Notes under the pieces: generated by a model
The model's input: only the letters and a program-made list of their open reading frames with translations
What the model was told of the DNA's origin: nothing
Databases searched by the model: none
Translations under genes and position numbers: made by a program
Assembly: GCA_977862235.1 (NCBI GenBank)
Contig: OZ374557.1
Location: 3,348,001-3,412,000 of the forward strand
Reading direction: 5' to 3'
From: Dudresnaya verticillata
Lineage: Eukaryota
Length of the DNA: 64,000 bases
In this document: one piece after another, positions 58,622-64,000 of the stretch
Numbering within the stretch: position 1 is the stretch's first letter
Layout: each line of letters starts with the position of its first letter

Positions 58622-61435
58622 TTACGCCCTCTGGTTGAACCGATAAAGCTTCCATGCCCTTTTACGACCCGGGTCGTCCTTGTAGGTGGGGGGAGGCCTT
58701 CGTTTAATGGAGACGTCCACGATTCTTTGCAGGTAGTCTTGTTCCAATGACTTGACTAGATGGGCAAGTGCGAAAACCCCGCAAGAAACACCATCCAGTT
58801 GTTGCGGCCGAGTTACCGTGGCTCCAAGCTCTGTAAAATACTGCCGTAAGCATTCCATAGCCCGTTCATAGTTCGGTGCAGGGCGGTCTTCCATGGGTGC
58901 GGTTTGTGTGAGGTGATATGCACAGGTACTCCTCAATATCAGCTCGACAAAGACCATAGTAGATTCAAATATCTCTGCCTGATTCGGGTGATCGAGACTG
59001 TCCTGAACCCTGCGGAAAAGCGTCTTTGTTGTCACGCTCTTGCACCATGTAGTTGATGGCCAATCCAAACTTGCGAATAACAACCGTCTGGTAGTGCTGA
59101 AGAGTTTTCTGGTGCATGAGCATCATATACCCCTCGCACTGCAATGGATGCGCTATACTCCCTTTCTTAATCATCCTGGAGAGCGATTCAGCCATTGCCT
59201 CCATTGATTCCGTCTTTGTCCTTACGGAGCTCTGGAAGCGCTCCAAAACCATTGTGTTGGTGAGTGCTCCCAGTGACGCAAAATTCCCTTGGCCTGGTGG
59301 GAAGAATCTGCTGACCCGCTTGAAGCATTTTCCGACAAGGTCGATGGATGCATCATTGCACTTGTACCTCGGGAACTCAAAAAAAGGGCCAAGGCCTTCT
59401 TCGGAAAGATGGATACCTTCAGACGTCGTTATTCTTTCCATTCCCTCCGGCCAGTTCGGAATTCCCAGTATCGGTCGCTCGGGAACATCTGAATATTCCG
59501 TAGGCTTGGGTGAAGGACCTGTCATGACAACATCGGTCGCGTCACACAGTTTCCGCGCGGAATCAATTGATTCCTTTGCATCATTGCGTTTGACTGCATC
59601 CGTATCCGTTCCGGTATCCTTTCCTTCCTTGGCATTAATTGTCTTTCCTGTCCCCGCAGGCTTCATTTTGCCTTGGACCTTTCTTGCATTGGCAGGCCGT
59701 GACGACGGCTGCAACTCTGTATTTGTTCGCTTGTATGCCTTCGCAGATTTTGCGACGGCTTTGTCCTCTTCCACGGCCCCATCATCTTCTTTTTCCTCTT
59801 CCACGCCCCCGTCATCTTCATTCTCATCACCATTGTGCGCCTTTTGTTCACTCGCAACCTCTCCCTGCCCCTTTTCTCTATCGCTAACAACCGGAAGCTT
59901 GTCTCCAGTCCCAGTTTCTGTAGCACTAGCATCTTTTTCTTCATTGGCGACGCCTCCCATCTTCCCAATCTTGACAATATCTCCAACCTTTTCTGGTTTT
60001 CCTTCATCATCTTTCTTCGTCGCCTCCGCCTTCTCTACTTCTCCATTTTTAGAAGAGGTTACAGCATCTGTGTTGGGCCTACGAACCTGCGCCGCCTCCA
60101 CCAGCTCCCTCGCGTTTTTAGCATTACCATTCTTAGTGATCTGCGGTTTTTCTGCACCCGACTTTTGATCGAAAAGTCGATGTCGACACTAATGCATTTG
60201 TCGGCAGTTGCCACTCCGGAGTCCGAACCGGTATTCCTTATCACTGGTGTCGTGGCTGTGGTTTCCAGATCATCTCCATTGATTCTTTCGACTGTAGCTA
60301 CAGATCTTATCTTGGTACTCTTCGCCGTCTTATTACTCTTTACCGTCTTTCCATTGCTGCCAGAAGGGCCCTTGTTGCCAGCCTTGGTGCTGCTAGATGT
60401 ACCTGCAGCCGCTCTTCCAGTTGAGCTTTTGCTTCCGTTAGTTTCCATCACCGCATCTTTACGTGTCCCTGACTTCACGTTTTACCTTCTACCCTTTCCT
60501 GCAGCTTTAGTGTTGCCGTCCATCTCAATTGTTGGGATTTCCTTGGCGCTCCTGGCGGTGCTCGTGACGGATCTGCCGGCGCTCGTCTTTCCCTCAGTGG
60601 TCATCATAGTAAGCTTACCTGCCCCTGATTTCGTGCACGAGTCAGCCATGGCTGACTTCTTACCCTTCCCAGCATCTCCAGTATTACCGGTTGTCCCAGC
60701 TACCGTAATAAGCTTGGAGGAAAGCTCATCGTCTTTCCCATTATGTGCACTGATTGGCATAACCGCATTACCAGCCGTCTCAGGTACAGTCGCAGCTCCA
60801 AAAATCGCCCCTTCTCGGTCTTCTCTTCTCACTGTTCTCTTAGAACTCCTTTCTGCAAGCCCTCGACGGTTTTTTGGTTTGGGCCTTAGCCTTTTTCGTG
60901 ACACAGCTCTTGTAGGCGGGACCTCCGTACTACGCGAAACAGTAGATCTAATCGCTTCGCGTCGACTCACGATATCAGCATGGCGACGTTGCGAGTCTTC
61001 CATCTCATCGTAGATCATATCATCTTCTTGCAGGTATGTGGCAGCCATGTTTTCATTATCTCCTGTCACCTGAGGTAGAACCGTAGTTCCAAACTCTGGC
61101 AGAAACCCTTCCGCTACAGGACCCCATGTAGGAGCACGATGGGCGTACTCCTCGAACGCGTCAACAGAAACGACATCATCGTTCGATTCGTACAGACTTG
61201 CATGCCTGCATATCAGGTCTCCCAAGCTGCTTGGAGTGAGACGGTCGCGCAAGAATCGCCGGCAAGCCTCCGCCTCCATTTCATGTAGAGCCAGGAAGCT
61301 TCCGATCCCTTGGGCTCGATCGTCTCCATCTTCATAATCTTCACACGGCAAATCACGACGACCACCTAGGTCATCGCTTTCTCCAGACGACTCGAGCGCT
61401 GTTTGCTCGTCCATAACGTCTTCGTTTCGGAGCAC
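58622..61435 (-). pseudogene. Disrupted gene with C-terminal Ulp1-like (C48) protease motifs, probably transposon-borne
   Basis: QHYQTVVI and PQQLDGVSCGVF; four fragments joined by one stop and two frame changes (introns not excluded). Confidence 0.6.
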
Positions 61436-61530
61436 CGCTAGCGCTTTTGCCGCTATGCAGCTCTTGCAAACGAAAAGTCAAAAGAAAGTCAACGCTTGGT
61501 AATACCAATACTATTGGGAGTATGTGCCGC

Positions 61531-61600
61531 CGCACGCCTTCGCACGCCGTCGCACGCCGTCGCACGCCGTCGCACGCCGTCGCACGCCCTCGCACGCCGT
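61531..61600. repeat. 10-bp minisatellite CGCACGCCGT x7
   Basis: Directly visible; two units have one substitution. Confidence 0.95.
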
Positions 61601-62329
61601 CACACTCTGTCGCTCGAGCGACAGCGATTGCTGTGACACGCAGATATAATCTGAGAAAAGAAAACAGAAAGTTGGAGCAAAACAGACCTGGTGAGCCTGT
61701 CCAGCCTCGCTCCGGAGTGGGCTGATAGAGAACAGGAGTACGTAGATTGTACTTCCCAGGCGGCGCGGGCCAGAACTGATCGCTCGGAAAATCAAGGAAC
61801 GCTAAATGGCCTCTGTGGCCCTTGCTTCCAGCAATCTCTTTTTTGCCACCTAGGTGGTATCTTACAATATCTTGCCGGCAAGAGCCCTTGGTCCAAAGAA
61901 GCTTCTTTGGACCAAGGGCAAGATATTGTTGAATAAAATTTCCAAGTCCTGGTTCTTGCGGCTGATCTCGATCAAGACGATATCAACAGAATTCTGTTTT
62001 TAAAACCTAAGTGCCAAAACCTACCCAGCAGCAGCGGCCGGAGTTGCCACGGAACAGTTTCACCAGCTCACAAGAATTTTCAAGTTTGTTCATGAGCCGT
62101 GCCTAAACTGACTCGTTTTTGTTTGCTTATCTCACCGTGCTCACTTCGTATTCGTTTCCGGAAGCACCACTAGCGCGCGCTACCGTGGTATTCCGTATAC
62201 TTTTGAGATCGTGCCGACATTTTCAAGTGCAACATAAGCGTGCGCGAGCGGCAAACACTCCTGAAACATTTCCTTCGCGTACGACGTCGTTTCCATTTCC
62301 TTGGTGAAGTTCTTGCCATCCTGATACTT

Positions 62330-64000
62330 ATGATGGCTGCTGGAGAGAAGAAGAAAGTCAGGTTCTCTACCGGTAAAGGAGATGCGACGACGAAATCGAA
62401 GATGGACATCTCCAAACAGCGACGAGGGAATACCCTGCGCCGTACCAAATCAGGAAACGAAGCCAGCAAGCTCAGTCAAATGAAGGAGACTGAAACTGCT
62501 ACTAGAAGGGCTGCTTTGAAGATTCGAATTGCGGAGATTATTAACATGCCCCTTGCGACATGGTGCTGGGTTTACGATGCCGATGCTAATTTCAGTGCAG
62601 GGCTGGAAACTGTTCATACAGTTTTGGTTGCTTCGTCTCTGGCACGAAAGGGAATGAAGCAATTCCGAACCAACGAGGCCCGTAGAAATGCTCTGCTCTT
62701 CATGGGAAGTGTTCTGAAGAAGCAGGAGATGAGCGGTGACTCTGCTTCAGGGAAGGACTTAAAGCGCATTTACAGCCGCAACCAGACTGCCTTGTGTGGC
62801 ATTGCGGCAGATGATATTTCATCCGTTCTATCTCTGCAATGGAAACAGAAAAGCCTGGCAGAAACCAGGGAAAAGAAATCGCTGCCAGTCGAAGAGAAGA
62901 TAGACTTTGAGCACGAGATCGCTAGAGAAATGCTTCGCGGTATGGGAGATGAGGATGGCTCTGGGCTTGGATCAATTTCGGCACGCTTGACGCCCTCAAT
63001 GCTTCTTTCTATCGCTATTGCATATGCGGTAGAGAACAAGTTTGCACGGGACTCGGATGGAGCAGCAGAGTTTATACAACGGGTCGATAAGATTCATGCC
63101 TCTTGGCAACGCGTGTTCGTGGATTCACGTTTGTCTGTGAGGGTATCCGACCGCAGCGTTGTGCTTGGCGACGAAACTAATTTCGAAGTGCTGCATCGTT
63201 CTCTAACGGTTTCTTCATTGTTCAAGTGTCTCTTCAGTCTCTTGTTTACCGTGGTTGTGAGTTATGAAGATGGAGAGCAGGGCAGCGAGGGAAAAGACTT
63301 TTCCTTCAAGTCAATTCATAAGACGGCCATGGGATCTTTGCGTAATGCACACTTCGCGATGCAAGGTTGTGTTGATGAATGGGAGAAGCTTGATTCGTTT
63401 CAAGTCGATCTTCGGCTATTGGGAGTTCTGTCTAATATCCTCATTTCAATGCCGCCAATGAATTCCCAGCGCCTTCGAAGCCATCTATTTCAAGCGGAAG
63501 GCCGTACATTCGGAGATCTATGGAAGACATCCCAGGACAAAGAAGAGCCGAGTCCCTATGGACTTGCTACCTGCCATGTGGCGGCAAGATCCTCGGGGGG
63601 TTATCCGGCGCGGGTTGCTTGATAGACTCAGAGAAGAGAGAAGCAAACGCCGTATTCCCAGCTCAAGTGATGCAGTGGCGGCAATTTCATTTGTTACCGT
63701 GGAGGGTATGGGTCCGATTGACGTCACCGTCAAGATCCTGCTACACGATATGCTCGGTATCGTGAAGAAGGCAATGAGAATGGGTCGTAACCTGCGCAAA
63801 GAGCTTGGTCGTTCCCTACCGGACCTTGACTTTACTGTTGAGGGCCCCGAGAGTGTGACCGGAAGCAACTTCCATGACCGATGGATTGCTTCTGTGATTC
63901 AGATATTGACACTGGGAATGGTCGTCCCGCGAACCCGTACCTTGTCAAGTGTGTATGAGGACACAGTTCTTGCCTTCTACATTAACAGACTTGGGGCGGA
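62330..64000 (+). CDS. Unknown protein; frame change near 63500-63620; runs off the right edge
   Basis: ORF to 63622, then another frame open from 63462 to the window end. Confidence 0.55.

Noticed and set aside
59116..61013. Long plus-strand ORFs of 350 and 392 aa
   Set aside because: Shadow frames of the K/E/T-rich minus-strand gene

Overview
Eukaryotic, TE-dominated, intron-poor DNA; this is consistent with a red-algal genome, but that is an inference. About 50 kb is a stack of nested transposons that can be resolved by target-site duplications (TSDs). A two-gene PIF/Harbinger element (DDE transposase plus Myb/SANT-like partner) is split by a 31.8-kb nest of chromodomain-bearing Ty3/gypsy LTR retrotransposons (5462-37237, TSD TAGCC) and by two solo LTRs. 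A decayed PIF1-type (Helitron-like) helicase is also split by a solo LTR. Three apparently intact host genes are present: a telobox-type Myb protein, an SRPK kinase and a degenerate kinase with ARM-like repeats. The right end holds a disrupted Ulp1-like protease gene and an unknown divergent gene. The main observation is that four LTR lineages each carry a long antisense ORF next to the polypurine tract, and these share a Trp-rich domain I do not recognise. The lineages also carry lineage-specific palindromic double-CpG motifs: CCGT-N-ACGG (family A, sparser in G), CGTC-NNN-GACG (family F) and tentatively CG-N5-CG (family I). This suggests an undescribed protein-plus-target system, possibly anti-silencing. 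All counts were made by eye.
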